Shown here piece after piece: positions 19,353 to 30,053 of a stretch of 64,000 bases of DNA. The stretch lies in contig JBDRLW010000003.1 in assembly GCA_043812655.1 (NCBI GenBank), positions 47,580 through 111,579 on the forward strand. The letters run 5' to 3'. The first letter of the stretch is position 1, and each line of letters begins with the position of its first letter. The position numbers and the translations under genes are program-made. The stretch comes from a bacterium (GTDB taxonomy: Bacteria; Margulisbacteria; WOR-1; O2-12-FULL-45-9; XYB2-FULL-48-7). The notes beneath the pieces were generated by a model that was not told the DNA's origin, did no database searches, and was given only the letters and a program-made list of their open reading frames with translations.

Positions 19353-20828
19353 ATGGTTACTATGTGGACAAAAGAAACCTTAAAACAGCTTATTAAAGAA
19401 AAATTGAACGGCGATCTTTTTATTGTCGCTTCAAACCGCGAGCCGTATATCCATAAAAGCGGCCCTGAAGGGATCGAATGCATTAACCCGGCGAGCGGCT
19501 TGACCTTGGCGCTTGACCCGGTCTTGCGAGCCAGCGGCGGCGTTTGGGTCGCGCACGGCAGCGGCGATGCCGACCGCAAGGTCGTGGACGAAAAATGCCG
19601 CGTGCAGGTCCCTCCCAAAGACCCAAAATATGCCTTAAGAAGGGTCTGGCTAAATAAGGCCGAAGAAACCGGTTACTATTACGGTTTTTCCAATGAAACT
19701 CTTTGGCCGCTCTGCCATATTGTTTACACCAAGCCAAATTTCGATGAGTCGGACTGGCTCCACTATAAAGCTGTCAACGAAAAATTCGCCAAAACTATTT
19801 TGGATGAGGTTGGCGACCGAAAAGCTTTTGTTTTTATCCAGGACTATCACCTCACGCTGGTACCAAAGATGTTAAGGGATGCTAATCCAGAGATTAAATC
19901 CGCCCTTTTCTGGCATATCCCCTGGCCAAACCCGGAAGCCTTCCGCATCAATCCCTGGAAAGAAGAAATATTGTGGGGAATGCTGGGCGCCGACTTGCTT
20001 GGTTTTCATATCCACTATCATGTCGACAATTTTTTAAAGACGGTTGACCAGACCCTAGAGGTCAGGGTCGATAAGGTCGGGACATCTGTGGTTTCCGGCG
20101 GCCGGGAAACATTGGTCAAGCCTTTTCCCATCAGCGTTGACTATGCACAGATCCAAAAAGATGCCAACGCCCCCGAAACTAAACAATTGACCAGCAAACT
20201 TAAGAAAGAATATAACCTTGGCTCGCAATTTATCGGGATCGGCACGGACCGGATCGATTACACCAAAGGGATCGTCGAGCGGTTTAACGCCGTTGATAAA
20301 TTATTCGAAAAGTACCCGGAATACGTTGGTAAATTCACCTTTATCCAAGCGGGCGTCCTAAGCCGGATCCACATCCAAAAATATAAAGACCTCAATGATG
20401 ACATTAACGCGACCGTTGAGCGGATCAACTGGAAATACAGCAGTGACAGCTGGCAGCCGATCGTCATGATCAGGCGGCATTTCACCCAGAAAGAATTAAT
20501 GGCTTTGTACCAGATGGCCGATGTTTGCCTCGTTTCTTCACTGCATGACGGGATGAACCTGGTGGCCAAAGAATATGTCGCGGCGGCTGACGCCAGCAAA
20601 GGGATGCTGGTCCTGTCACAATTCACCGGGGCGGCAAGAGAATTGACGGATGCTATCTTGATCAACCCTTACGCTCCAGATAGCTTTGCCGAAGCGATCA
20701 AGTCCGCGATCGAAATGCCGCAGGAAGAAAGGGAACGGCGGATGAATAAAATGAAAGAAGACGTCGCCGAGAATAATATTTACAAGTGGGCCGGCAAGAT
20801 CATTCAGTCCCTCCTCAGGCTCTCCTGA
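19353..20828 (+). CDS. otsA: Trehalose-6-phosphate synthase (GT20)
   Basis: SNREPY, QDYHL, FWHIPWP, DRIDYTKG, DGMNLVAKE motifs. Confidence 0.9.
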   Translation: MVTMWTKETLKQLIKEKLNGDLFIVASNREPYIHKSGPEGIECINPASGLTLALDPVLRASGGVWVAHGSGDADRKVVDEKCRVQVPPKDPKYALRRVWLNKAEETGYYYGFSNETLWPLCHIVYTKPNFDESDWLHYKAVNEKFAKTILDEVGDRKAFVFIQDYHLTLVPKMLRDANPEIKSALFWHIPWPNPEAFRINPWKEEILWGMLGADLLGFHIHYHVDNFLKTVDQTLEVRVDKVGTSVVSGGRETLVKPFPISVDYAQIQKDANAPETKQLTSKLKKEYNLGSQFIGIGTDRIDYTKGIVERFNAVDKLFEKYPEYVGKFTFIQAGVLSRIHIQKYKDLNDDINATVERINWKYSSDSWQPIVMIRRHFTQKELMALYQMADVCLVSSLHDGMNLVAKEYVAAADASKGMLVLSQFTGAARELTDAILINPYAPDSFAEAIKSAIEMPQEERERRMNKMKEDVAENNIYKWAGKIIQSLLRLS

Positions 20829-21792
20829 CTATAAATAACAGATACCAGCTGCCGATAACAGTTAGGATGATCAATAATGAATTCCAAGAAAACCGCATAA
20901 ATAATTTCTCTTTTGACTTATTAATGATCGCAACAATGACCAGGCAAAGGCAGATCACGCCGGCCAGCGCGGTTAAGATGTTCAGGCTGGAGACCGCGCT
21001 TAGTAATGGCGCCTGGCGGTAAAACGGGTCAATTACCGAGATCAGGGCGATGTTAAAAAGAACAGACCCTAAAAGGCTGCTGATAGCCATATCCGGCGCC
21101 CCCATCCGCATGGCTGAAGTGGAAACGGTCAACTCCGGCAAAGTCGTGATCAGCGACAAGATTATGCTGCCGACGAACGTAGCTCCCAATCCGGTCTGGA
21201 TCGCCAAACTATTGCCCAGGGTTGAAAGCCAGATGCCAGCCACCACCACTAGCGCGCCAAAAAAAACGAATTTAGCCAAAACTGAAGCAACTTTCTCTTT
21301 GGTGTAGATATTTTCGACCTCAAGTATTTTCCCCTTCTCAAAAATAAATATTTGCCTTTGGCCGATCAAATAAATGATGATGACCGCCAGTGTAAATACG
21401 TGCCCATTGACTATTGAAGAAAAGAAGATCCCCAGGCAAACTAAGCCCAACAGTAAAATGGCAAAACCGGCCGATAGAACGTGGCCAAGGTCAAGCTTGC
21501 TAAAAACCGACTTGTTCTTGTAAAGGTAATCCATAAAAGCGACCAGCAGCAAGTTCATCAGGCAAGCGCCAAGAAGATTCCCCACCCCCAGGTCTGGCTT
21601 GCCGACAAAAGTCGCGGCGCTCAAGCTATTTGAAAGTTCGGGGAGAGAAGTGATCGTAGCGAGCAGAACGATCCCGATCCAGCTTCGGCTCAAATTTAAT
21701 TTTTCGGCCAGGATATCGGCATACTTGGTCAGTAAACTGGCCGCGACAAAGATGATCCCGGCACAAAGAAATAATTCTAAAAACAGGGGCAT
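20815..21792 (-). CDS. Sodium:calcium antiporter (CaCA/YrbG family)
   Basis: Duplicated TSLPEL/TTLPEL alpha repeats; multiple TM helices. Confidence 0.85.
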   Translation of the reverse strand: MPLFLELFLCAGIIFVAASLLTKYADILAEKLNLSRSWIGIVLLATITSLPELSNSLSAATFVGKPDLGVGNLLGACLMNLLLVAFMDYLYKNKSVFSKLDLGHVLSAGFAILLLGLVCLGIFFSSIVNGHVFTLAVIIIYLIGQRQIFIFEKGKILEVENIYTKEKVASVLAKFVFFGALVVVAGIWLSTLGNSLAIQTGLGATFVGSIILSLITTLPELTVSTSAMRMGAPDMAISSLLGSVLFNIALISVIDPFYRQAPLLSAVSSLNILTALAGVICLCLVIVAIINKSKEKLFMRFSWNSLLIILTVIGSWYLLFIVRRA

Positions 21793-21865
21793 ATAAGGAT
21801 GATACTTAATATTAGCCTTTTTGTCCAACGTAAACATGTGCTATACTAAAAAAGGAGGTGTTGAT

Positions 21866-22909
21866 TTGTCTGATTTATACAATATATTAAGCAATCGCCT
21901 TTATTTGGTCGCGGGAATAACTTATCTATTTTGGATATTGTTTTGCTGGATCTTTGTCGGGTATTTTAACCAGTTTGTCGGCAAGCTGGTAAGGAAGACT
22001 GAATCCAGGATCGACGATGTCTTGTTGCGTGAGGCAAAGCTTCCGCTCTGGTTAACCCTGATCGTCCTCGGGTTCTTTGTTGTTTCCAAGACTGTGGGGC
22101 TCCCAAACCAGGTAGCGCTCCGGGTCGAGCGTATTACCGGGCTCACGATCGTTTTTGTCCTTATTTATTTCATCGCCAGGCTGCTATTGAACATGGCCAA
22201 GTTGGCGGCGGAAAAAAATGCCGGGATAAGGAATATCATGCCCACTTTTTCGCGGCTGGCAAATTTAGTCGTCTGGGGAACTGGCCTTCTGATGCTGATG
22301 GATATTTTTGGGATCTCCGTAACGCCGGTCTTGGCTTCTTTGGGCATCGCGGGTTTGGCTGTTGGTTTGGCCCTCCAAGATACGCTCAGTAATTTTTTTG
22401 CCGGTATTTATATTTCCGTCAGCCAGCCAGTGAGGCTCGGTGATTATATTCAGCTGGAAAATGGCCTGAACGGCTACATAACGAATATTGGCTGGCGCGA
22501 AACCAGGATCAAGACCTTGCCCAATAATATGGTCATCGTCCCTAATTCAAAATTATCCCAGTCGATCGTCACTAATTATTATCTGCCTCAGGCCGAAATG
22601 GCCTGTTTGGTGCAAGTCGGCGTTAGTTATGACAGTGATCTGGCCAAAGTGGAAAAAGTTACGGTTGAAGTCGGCCGTGAAGTTTTACAGAAAGTCTCCG
22701 GCGGAGTAAAGTCGTTCGAGCCTTTTATCCGCTACCATACATTCGCTGATTTCAGCATTAATTTTACGGTGATCTTGCGGGTCCTTGAATTTACAGACAA
22801 GTATTTAGTGACCCACGAATTCATCAAGGCCTTGCATCAGCGATATAAACAGGAAGGCATCCAGATACCTTTCCCGATCAGGGATATAAACATCAAAAAA
22901 AGCGGATAA
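21866..22909 (+). CDS. Small-conductance mechanosensitive channel (MscS family)
   Basis: GLAVGLALQDTLSNFFAG, VPNSKL, GIQIPFP motifs; SD AGGAGG before TTG 21866. Confidence 0.9.
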   Translation: MSDLYNILSNRLYLVAGITYLFWILFCWIFVGYFNQFVGKLVRKTESRIDDVLLREAKLPLWLTLIVLGFFVVSKTVGLPNQVALRVERITGLTIVFVLIYFIARLLLNMAKLAAEKNAGIRNIMPTFSRLANLVVWGTGLLMLMDIFGISVTPVLASLGIAGLAVGLALQDTLSNFFAGIYISVSQPVRLGDYIQLENGLNGYITNIGWRETRIKTLPNNMVIVPNSKLSQSIVTNYYLPQAEMACLVQVGVSYDSDLAKVEKVTVEVGREVLQKVSGGVKSFEPFIRYHTFADFSINFTVILRVLEFTDKYLVTHEFIKALHQRYKQEGIQIPFPIRDINIKKSG

Positions 22910-22913
22910 AAGC

Positions 22914-24254
22914 TCAAGAAGATTCAGTTTTTGCCAAATACTTTTTTGGGATCTCCCCGGCCAGTGCCAGCGCCACTTTGGTCAGTAAAGGTCCGATAAG
23001 TTCATAGATGATCACCGATGACAGGACGATGGTGATGATCACCGCTCCGATCTCCGGAAGTTTGGCCTCCACTGACATTGACACTCCGATCGCTACCCCA
23101 GCTTGCGGGATCAAGCTGATACCTAAGTATTTTTGGACAGGGGCCGGCTCTTCAGTTAACCTGGCGCTCCAAAACGCGCCAATAAATTTACCAATGACCC
23201 GGGAAATAATATAGACAACGCCGACCAAGCCGATCTGGTTCAAGAGGCCAAGGTGTAACATCGCTCCGGAGATCACAAAAAAAGCGACGTAAAAAGGCGG
23301 ACCGGTTAATTTTAGGCCATCCAGCACTTTCCGCCCTTTGGTCGAGATATTAACAATCGTGGCGCCAACCGCCATTGTCGTCAAAAGCGGAGAAAGATTA
23401 AAAGTAGTGGCCGCGCCAACGCTAAACAGGACCCCTCCCAAGATGACCATTAGTTGCTCATTATCGTTTTTAGTCGACTGCTCCCAAAGGTTAAGAGCGT
23501 AACCGATCAATATCCCAAAGGCCAACGATCCAATGATCACCCAGAACGGTTCAATGAAAAAAGTGATAGTGCTAAGCAGGTCCAGAGGATTTGCCCTGGC
23601 GGCAACGATCATTTTAGTTATAGAAAAGAATATATGGAAAAGCAGCAAGCAAAAGATATTGTTTAAGGCCACGACCGCGAGTAAGACATCCGTTAACCTT
23701 CCCCGGCTGCGATATTCCCTGACGACCATCAGGGTTGCCGCCGGCGCGGTGGCGGTGGCGATCGCCCCGATCAAAAGCGCAATATGCAAAGGCTGGCCTA
23801 GCATGAACATTGCCCCTCCTACTATTAAAAAGGCGCCTAAAACTTCGGCGAGCGCGATGTAAATAACTTTAGGCCCGACAGCAATAAAGTGTTTAAGCTC
23901 AAATTCCGCGCCGATCGCTAAAATTATCAGGCCAAGCGTAAATTCGCTGATCACTGTCACATTGCTGATCGTTTCGCTGGTCATTAAACCCAGGACTGAA
24001 GGGCCGATCAAAATGCCGGCGACCAGGTAGCCGGTCACTTTCGGTATTTTAATATTTTGGGCAAGCTCTCCCATGATCAGGCCAAAGAGCAAAGTCAGCG
24101 CGACCGCCATGATGCTGTTCATCGGACGGAAAAAACGAGTGGCCAGAAAACCCAGGACAAGGATAAAGCCGATGATAATAATAAAATCGCCGGTTTGCGG
24201 CAGACGCCGGATGGTCTTTAAATAATTGCGCAGCCGTTTTAAGCGGTCGATCAT
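22914..24254 (-). CDS. Cation:proton antiporter (CPA family)
   Basis: IPKVTGYLVAGILIGP, ATAPAAT, PQAGVAIG motifs; many TM helices. Confidence 0.85.
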   Translation of the reverse strand: MIDRLKRLRNYLKTIRRLPQTGDFIIIIGFILVLGFLATRFFRPMNSIMAVALTLLFGLIMGELAQNIKIPKVTGYLVAGILIGPSVLGLMTSETISNVTVISEFTLGLIILAIGAEFELKHFIAVGPKVIYIALAEVLGAFLIVGGAMFMLGQPLHIALLIGAIATATAPAATLMVVREYRSRGRLTDVLLAVVALNNIFCLLLFHIFFSITKMIVAARANPLDLLSTITFFIEPFWVIIGSLAFGILIGYALNLWEQSTKNDNEQLMVILGGVLFSVGAATTFNLSPLLTTMAVGATIVNISTKGRKVLDGLKLTGPPFYVAFFVISGAMLHLGLLNQIGLVGVVYIISRVIGKFIGAFWSARLTEEPAPVQKYLGISLIPQAGVAIGVSMSVEAKLPEIGAVIITIVLSSVIIYELIGPLLTKVALALAGEIPKKYLAKTESS

Positions 24255-24321
24255 GCCGTCAATTATAAACACAATTAACGGCCAGGGCAAATGTTTTTAA
24301 TTTCTGTTATAATAACTGGCA

Positions 24322-25041
24322 ATGCGCTACCTATTATTGCTTGATTACGATGGCACCTTGGCCCCGATAAAAAAACACCCAAAACTCGCCCGTCTTTCTC
24401 CGCCCAGAAAAACATTTTTGCGCCAGCTGGCTAAACATCCAAAAATAAAGATCGCGGTGATCTCAGGCCGAAAGTTGTCAGACCTAAAAAAAATGATCGG
24501 CCTCCCCAAGATCATCTATGTCGGCAACCATGGGTTTGAGATCGAAATTAATGGGAAACATAAAACCCACCCTGCCGCCAGAAAGATCATCCCGACTCTC
24601 AAGCGGATCAAGGCGATCTTAGCCAATAAGCTCAAAGTTAAAGGGGCCTGGGTTGAAGATAAAGACCTGACCCTGACCATTCATTACCGCCAAGCAGCCA
24701 AGAAGAGGTTAAAAGAATTTTATCAGCTATTTGATCAATTAACTAAACCCTGGCAAGGAAAAATAAAGATTACCAAAGGCAAAAAGGTCTTCGAGATCCG
24801 CTCACCCTTTGACTGGGATAAGGGAAAAGCGGTAGAATGGCTGATCGCTAAATTAAAAATGGAAAATTACCTGCCGATCTATATTGGCGATGATAAAACG
24901 GATGAGGATGCCTTCATCGTTTTAAAAGGCAGGGGCAAGACGATTCACGTTGGCAACGGAAAGACCCTAGCTGAAACGCGGGTTAAAAATATTAGCGGCG
25001 TTTACGGTTATTTAAGAGGACTTTATAATGATGCGAGCTAA
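24322..25041 (+). CDS. otsB: Trehalose-6-phosphate phosphatase (HAD family)
   Basis: LDYDGTL, ISGR, GNHG, WDKG, GDDKTDEDAF motifs. Confidence 0.9.
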   Translation: MRYLLLLDYDGTLAPIKKHPKLARLSPPRKTFLRQLAKHPKIKIAVISGRKLSDLKKMIGLPKIIYVGNHGFEIEINGKHKTHPAARKIIPTLKRIKAILANKLKVKGAWVEDKDLTLTIHYRQAAKKRLKEFYQLFDQLTKPWQGKIKITKGKKVFEIRSPFDWDKGKAVEWLIAKLKMENYLPIYIGDDKTDEDAFIVLKGRGKTIHVGNGKTLAETRVKNISGVYGYLRGLYNDAS

Positions 25042-25723
25042 GGCTCCTTTTACTTTCTATACCTCATCACAGCTAGTTGAGATCACTGGCCGAAAAGCCG
25101 CGACCCTGAAAGAATTTCTGGGAACCATCAAAGAGATCGAAGAGCCTTCGATCTTCTACCATGTCCACCATGCCTTCCGGGAGCACCAGTTCGCGCCCGG
25201 CCTTTATACCAACGACTTCGCGCATTGGGTCGCCGATGAATTAAATGAAAAAGCCCTGGCCGAAAAACTGGCCAACATTAACCTCAAGGATTACTTGGAA
25301 ATAAACTCCCTGCGGGCAAAGATCGTTGAAATAATCACCAACCATTTAAAGACCAATCCCGATGACAACAGCAACCTTGTAGCCAAGCATAAGTTTTATT
25401 TCTGTAAAAATGTTGGGGTTGTCATGAAGACCAAATGCGCCGCCTGGGACCTGGAAGAGTTTTGTGAGATGCTGCGCCGGGTCGGCCTCCGCTCCCTTTT
25501 CTTCCATTTTTTTGAGGCCCGCCTAAGGCTGGGGCATAAGACCAATGACTTTTCCGATTGGATCAAATTTAATTTTAATAACGACAAGCTAGCGCGGCAG
25601 ATCGAAGCTTTGGACCCCTATTTATACACGATGGACCAGCTCCGGGACCAGATCATCAGTTTGATCCAAGGAAAAAAAGAGGATCTGGTCAGCAAAATAA
25701 TAAAATGGCTAAAAATAGGATAG
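25028..25723 (+). CDS. DUF5752-like protein (internally duplicated domain)
   Basis: Two repeats of S(I/L)F(Y/F)H...NDF..W; lies between otsB and the TreT-like gene. Confidence 0.7.
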   Translation: MMRAKAPFTFYTSSQLVEITGRKAATLKEFLGTIKEIEEPSIFYHVHHAFREHQFAPGLYTNDFAHWVADELNEKALAEKLANINLKDYLEINSLRAKIVEIITNHLKTNPDDNSNLVAKHKFYFCKNVGVVMKTKCAAWDLEEFCEMLRRVGLRSLFFHFFEARLRLGHKTNDFSDWIKFNFNNDKLARQIEALDPYLYTMDQLRDQIISLIQGKKEDLVSKIIKWLKIG

Positions 25724-26934
25724 AAGAATATTCAAAGATAATCCGGCCGCAAAATTTTGATGAGATCATGCTTTTGGCCGAAAAAGTCAAGGGCCGGCGC
25801 ATTAAGATGGTCAACGCGACCGCGGTCGGCGGAGGAGTGGCGGAAATATTGACCCGCGTCGTCCCGCTTTTTAACGATCTTGGGATCAAGACAAAATGGG
25901 AAGTCATTAAAGGGAGCGGTGAATTCTTTGGAGTAACTAAAGCTTTTCATAACGCCCTCCATGGGAGTAAAGCTGATATTACCGAACAAATGTTGAATAT
26001 TTTCAACGAAACCACGAAAGCCAATATTGCCGAAATGAATTTTGAAGAAGATGTTATCATCATTCATGACCCCCAGCCCGCTGGTCTGATTGAAGCCAAA
26101 GAAAGATCAAAAGCCAAATGGGTCTGGCGTTGTCATATCGATACTTCCCACCCGCAAGCTGATGTCTGGGGTTTTCTCAAGAATTACGTCGGGAAATATG
26201 ACGCTTCTATCTTTTCGACGCCTTGGTTCGCTAAAGAACTGCCGATACCGCAATATTTTATTTATCCGGCGATCGACCCTCTCGCCGAAAAAAACCGCGA
26301 TTTGCCGGCCCACGAAGTGAACGCGATCATGCAAAAATACAAGCTCGACCGGTCCCGCCCGATCATTACCCAGGTCTCAAGATTCGATTATTTAAAAGAC
26401 CCTCTGGGAGTGATCGAAACATATAAACTAGTAAAAAAACATCTTAATTGCCAGCTGGTGCTGGCTGGCGGCGGAGCCAGCGATGATCCCGAGGGCGGCC
26501 AGGTCTTAAATGCGGTCCAAGAAGCGGCCAAAGGGGATCCTGACATCCATATTTTATTGCTCCCGCCGTTCGCTGACCTGGAAATTAACGCCCTGCAACG
26601 GGCTTCGACCGTGATCTTGCAAAAATCGCTGCGGGAAGGCTTTGGCTTAACCGTCACCGAAGCTTTATGGAAGGCCAAACCGGTAGTAGCTTCAGCCGTT
26701 GGAGGGATAACTCTTCAGGTTATCCATAATTTTACCGGAATGCTGGTCCATTCAATTGAAGGCGCGGCCTATCAGATCCGATATTTGATCAATAACCCTC
26801 AAGTTGCCAAAAAGTTGGGAGAATATGGCAGGGAACATGTCAGGGAAAAATTCCTGATAACCAGGAAGATCCGGAATTATTTGCTCCTGCTTATTGCCTT
26901 AGAAAACCCCGGGAAAGATGTTATCCAGTTGTAA
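25705..26934 (+). CDS. Trehalose glycosyltransferring synthase TreT-like (GT4)
   Basis: GGGVAEIL, FHNALHG, HDPQP, WRCHID, QKSLREGFGLTVTEALWK motifs. Confidence 0.85.
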   Translation: MAKNRIEEYSKIIRPQNFDEIMLLAEKVKGRRIKMVNATAVGGGVAEILTRVVPLFNDLGIKTKWEVIKGSGEFFGVTKAFHNALHGSKADITEQMLNIFNETTKANIAEMNFEEDVIIIHDPQPAGLIEAKERSKAKWVWRCHIDTSHPQADVWGFLKNYVGKYDASIFSTPWFAKELPIPQYFIYPAIDPLAEKNRDLPAHEVNAIMQKYKLDRSRPIITQVSRFDYLKDPLGVIETYKLVKKHLNCQLVLAGGGASDDPEGGQVLNAVQEAAKGDPDIHILLLPPFADLEINALQRASTVILQKSLREGFGLTVTEALWKAKPVVASAVGGITLQVIHNFTGMLVHSIEGAAYQIRYLINNPQVAKKLGEYGREHVREKFLITRKIRNYLLLLIALENPGKDVIQL

Positions 26935-26954
26935 TGCCATATGGGGTTGACGGG

Positions 26955-26984
26955 TGCAAGTTTTTTGTTTATGATACCGATAAA
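26955..26984 (+). promoter_or_regulatory. Sigma28-like promoter candidate for the flagellar cluster
   Basis: TGCAAG-N16-CCGATAAA just before the ATG. Confidence 0.45.
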
Positions 26985-26987
26985 TAA

Positions 26988-27725
26988 ATGGAGGAGCATT
27001 TGACTTTTAAGCTCGCGCAAATTGATGCCACCTTCCCTCGCCTGCAACCGGATAATAGTACGCAAACCAACTCGAACCAATCATTCGACGAGAAATTAAA
27101 ATTCGCCCAAGCCCGGCTGGGCGGGATCTTTGGCCAATTCGGTCCTTTTTTTTCTTATCCGCCGAATTTATACTTTTCTTTTGAACAACCAGAAAGTGAC
27201 TATAAAACTTACGAGATCCCGGAACAATATAAGGCCCAGACGGAAAAAAACAATGATGCGGCTAAAGATATCAGTACCAGGAACGATCATACTCCCCATA
27301 TTTTTGAATCTTTGCCGACACAAACCATCAGCAAACAAACGCTTCAACAGCTGTTAACCCAAACCGGTTGGCTGGTGCCAAATATGGAAGCCTCACCTAG
27401 CATGTTCCAAGCCTTCCTTGACGGGAAATTAGCCCCTAAGCTTGATATGCAATCGCTGATCGACCAAATAGCCGAACAAGTTAAAATGGTCAAAGGGAAA
27501 GGAAAAACAGAATTATCGATGACGCTTAAACCGGCCGAGCTGGGAGACATCTTATTAACATTGACATCTAACGCCGGCGCGGTTTCGATCCAGATCCAGG
27601 CAACCCAAGAAACAAAGAAATTAATCGACGCTAAAAAAGAAGAGCTTGAACGGGCGCTAAAAAGCGCTAAAATAGAGCTGGCCCAATTAAAGATCATGGA
27701 GGTGAAGCCGTATGTCGATGTTTGA
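26988..27725 (+). CDS. Hook-length control FliK C-terminal domain protein
   Basis: LKPAELGDI..L.RAL pattern of FliK_C; first gene of the flagellar cluster. Confidence 0.7.
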   Translation: MEEHLTFKLAQIDATFPRLQPDNSTQTNSNQSFDEKLKFAQARLGGIFGQFGPFFSYPPNLYFSFEQPESDYKTYEIPEQYKAQTEKNNDAAKDISTRNDHTPHIFESLPTQTISKQTLQQLLTQTGWLVPNMEASPSMFQAFLDGKLAPKLDMQSLIDQIAEQVKMVKGKGKTELSMTLKPAELGDILLTLTSNAGAVSIQIQATQETKKLIDAKKEELERALKSAKIELAQLKIMEVKPYVDV

Positions 27726-28533
27726 TGTCATGTCCCAGGCCAAAAACGCGATCGATGCTTATAACCAAGCCCTGCAGGTCAACTCGGCTAATATCGCCGG
27801 CATGAATGTCCCCGGCTTCAAACGGATTGACGCTTCTTTCCAAACTATTTTTGAAAGAGTCCTCTCCCAGGGAACGGCGGCAAGCAATAATATGGGTGGA
27901 ACTAATCCGCGGCAAGAAGGATCCGGCATCTCTCTTTCCAGTGTTGCCGTTGATTTTTCCAACGGCCAAACAACGACCGGCGCACCGCTTGATTTAGCCA
28001 TTTCCGGTTCAGGGTTGTTCGTTGTCTCTCCCGACGGCGGCAATACTTATTTGTATTCCAGGGTCGGTAATTTCCAGATCAATAGTGCTGGCAATTTAAC
28101 TTCAAATGGGATGCAGGTTTACGGCTTTAATTCTTCCGGTGCGGTCACTCCGATCACCGGCCTTCCTTCCGGCAATAAGTCTAATTACCAGTGGCAGCCA
28201 GATGGAACACTAGAATATACTTCAGACGGCGGCACCACATACACTTCAACCGGTTACAAGATCGCCTTAACTTACTTTGCTAATCCTGGCGGTCTAGCAC
28301 AGGCTCAAGGTTCATCTTTTAGGGAAACCATTGCCTCCGGTTCTCCCGCCACCTTTGGAAATCCTGGCGGAGTTTATGGTACAGTGAGCGGCGGCTTTAT
28401 CGAACAATCAAATGTTGTTTACCTGACCGAAACTATCAATTCTCTTGAATTGCAAAAAGCGCTCAACGGTAATTTAACAGTAATAAAAATGGCGTCGGAC
28501 TTGATCACCAGTTTCATCCAAAAGTTAGGATAA
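27712..28533 (+). CDS. Flagellar hook/basal-body rod protein (FlgE/F/G family)
   Basis: SANIAG..PGFK, LDLAISGSGLF, YSRVGNF, EQSNV motifs. Confidence 0.85.
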   Translation: MSMFDVMSQAKNAIDAYNQALQVNSANIAGMNVPGFKRIDASFQTIFERVLSQGTAASNNMGGTNPRQEGSGISLSSVAVDFSNGQTTTGAPLDLAISGSGLFVVSPDGGNTYLYSRVGNFQINSAGNLTSNGMQVYGFNSSGAVTPITGLPSGNKSNYQWQPDGTLEYTSDGGTTYTSTGYKIALTYFANPGGLAQAQGSSFRETIASGSPATFGNPGGVYGTVSGGFIEQSNVVYLTETINSLELQKALNGNLTVIKMASDLITSFIQKLG

Positions 28534-28542
28534 GCTATATAA

Positions 28543-29763
28543 ATGGCTGAAAGAACTGCCGGTAAACCGGAAATTAGCTCGCAAAAAAGGGCGATAAAAC
28601 TACCGCCGGCGATCGGTGATTGGACCACCTATCACCCTCCGCAGATCCTGGTCAAAAAAGTTAAGACCGGGCTTTACGGTTTTGACCGCTTATCCGAAGA
28701 AGAATTGGATCATGTCCTCCTTATCCACTACCGTTTTATCGAACAATTGTTCAAGCAATTCAAGACCGACCTGCGGCTGGGCATTGAATTTTTCTCTTGC
28801 CAGGTAGAACAAACTACTTACCTGAATTTTTTAAGGAAGATCACTGACCCTGTCACCCAGGGAAAAATTAAACTTGAAGGGTTCCACGATCCGGTCCAGC
28901 TATTTTTTGACCTTAATCTCACTAACTCCCTGATCAACCACGCGCTTGGCAGCAGCGACCTAGAACCAATAAACCGGTCTTTAACCGAAGCCGAAACAGT
29001 AGTCTTAACGACCGCTTTGAACGAATATCTCCCCCACTACACTAAAAACTTTGAACAACCGACCCTCGCGGCTGAATATGTCCTGGTCAGTTCGCCCGAT
29101 GTAACCCTCGACCAATCGATCAGCCCGGCTTCAACTTTTGTTTTCTTTTTGGCTGAAGTAGCACTGAACGATAACCCGGCCGGTAAAATTATCTTTGGCT
29201 ACCCGGTCGCTTTGCTAAAAAACCTGCTTAAGACTTACCAGGAAAAGACCGCGGTCAAGCCGCTTAATTTCAACCGTTTAAGTTCCGCCGCCTTGAATAA
29301 GATCAAAGTCCCAGCCAAGGCGATCTTGGGGACCACGACACTTTTAATGTCCGAACTTCACTCGCTGGAGGTCGGAGACGTAGTTTCGCTCGATACCGCG
29401 ATCAACTCGCCGGTAACTTTGTCGCTTGGCAACTTGCTTAAAGTTTTATGCCAGCCCGGCCAAATAAATAAAAAGAAATCGGTCCGGATCGCCGGCTTTG
29501 AAGCTGAAGAAAAATTAGAGCTTGAACCACCGTTGCAATTCCCTGAAGCAGAGGAGGAACAAGGCATAGGTGAAGACACAGGCGTAGGCGTGGGCATAGG
29601 AGAGACAGAAGACCAAGCCGAAGAAAATGAGACAGAGGTTTTACCGGAAGAAGAAGAGGAAGAATTCAAAGAAGAAGACCTCTTCCCCGAAGATTTTGAA
29701 GAAGACTTAAGCGAAGAAGAAGAAGAAGAAGAAGAAGAAGAAGAAGAAAAGGAGGGTTCATAA
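28543..29763 (+). CDS. fliM: FliM-like C-ring protein with acidic tail
   Basis: DRLS..IHYRF middle domain, SPOA region LEVGDVVSLD; precedes fliN. Confidence 0.7.
   Translation: MAERTAGKPEISSQKRAIKLPPAIGDWTTYHPPQILVKKVKTGLYGFDRLSEEELDHVLLIHYRFIEQLFKQFKTDLRLGIEFFSCQVEQTTYLNFLRKITDPVTQGKIKLEGFHDPVQLFFDLNLTNSLINHALGSSDLEPINRSLTEAETVVLTTALNEYLPHYTKNFEQPTLAAEYVLVSSPDVTLDQSISPASTFVFFLAEVALNDNPAGKIIFGYPVALLKNLLKTYQEKTAVKPLNFNRLSSAALNKIKVPAKAILGTTTLLMSELHSLEVGDVVSLDTAINSPVTLSLGNLLKVLCQPGQINKKKSVRIAGFEAEEKLELEPPLQFPEAEEEQGIGEDTGVGVGIGETEDQAEENETEVLPEEEEEEFKEEDLFPEDFEEDLSEEEEEEEEEEEEKEGS
29713..29748 (+). repeat. (GAA)12 microsatellite encoding poly-Glu
   Basis: Counted directly from the sequence. Confidence 0.9.
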
Positions 29764-30053
29764 TGGAAGTGCAAAATGTTAAATTTCCCGACCTGCCGGA
29801 AGGTGAAAAGGGAGAAAAGATGGAGGCCAGGGCGCTGGGTGACGTCCCGGTAATGGTCACTGTCGAACTGGGCGGCGCCCAATTATCGCTCAAAGAGATC
29901 CTTGATTTTTCCGAAGGGTCTATTGTTGAGCTCAATCGCTTGGCTGGAGAACCGCTCGACCTGAAGGTCGGCGGCCAGGTGGTGGCACAGGGAGAAGTTG
30001 TGGCGGTTGACGATTATTATGGTTTGCGGATCACTAACGTGGTGATGAAGTGA
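29763..30053 (+). CDS. fliN: Flagellar switch protein FliN
   Basis: DVPVMVTVELG, GSIVELNRLAGEP, GEVVAVDDYYGLRI. Confidence 0.9.
   Translation: MEVQNVKFPDLPEGEKGEKMEARALGDVPVMVTVELGGAQLSLKEILDFSEGSIVELNRLAGEPLDLKVGGQVVAQGEVVAVDDYYGLRITNVVMK

Noticed and set aside
29358..29882. Ser-rich 174-aa antisense ORF and similar shadow ORFs across the window
   Set aside because: It is the antisense reading of the poly-Glu tail and of other well-supported genes.
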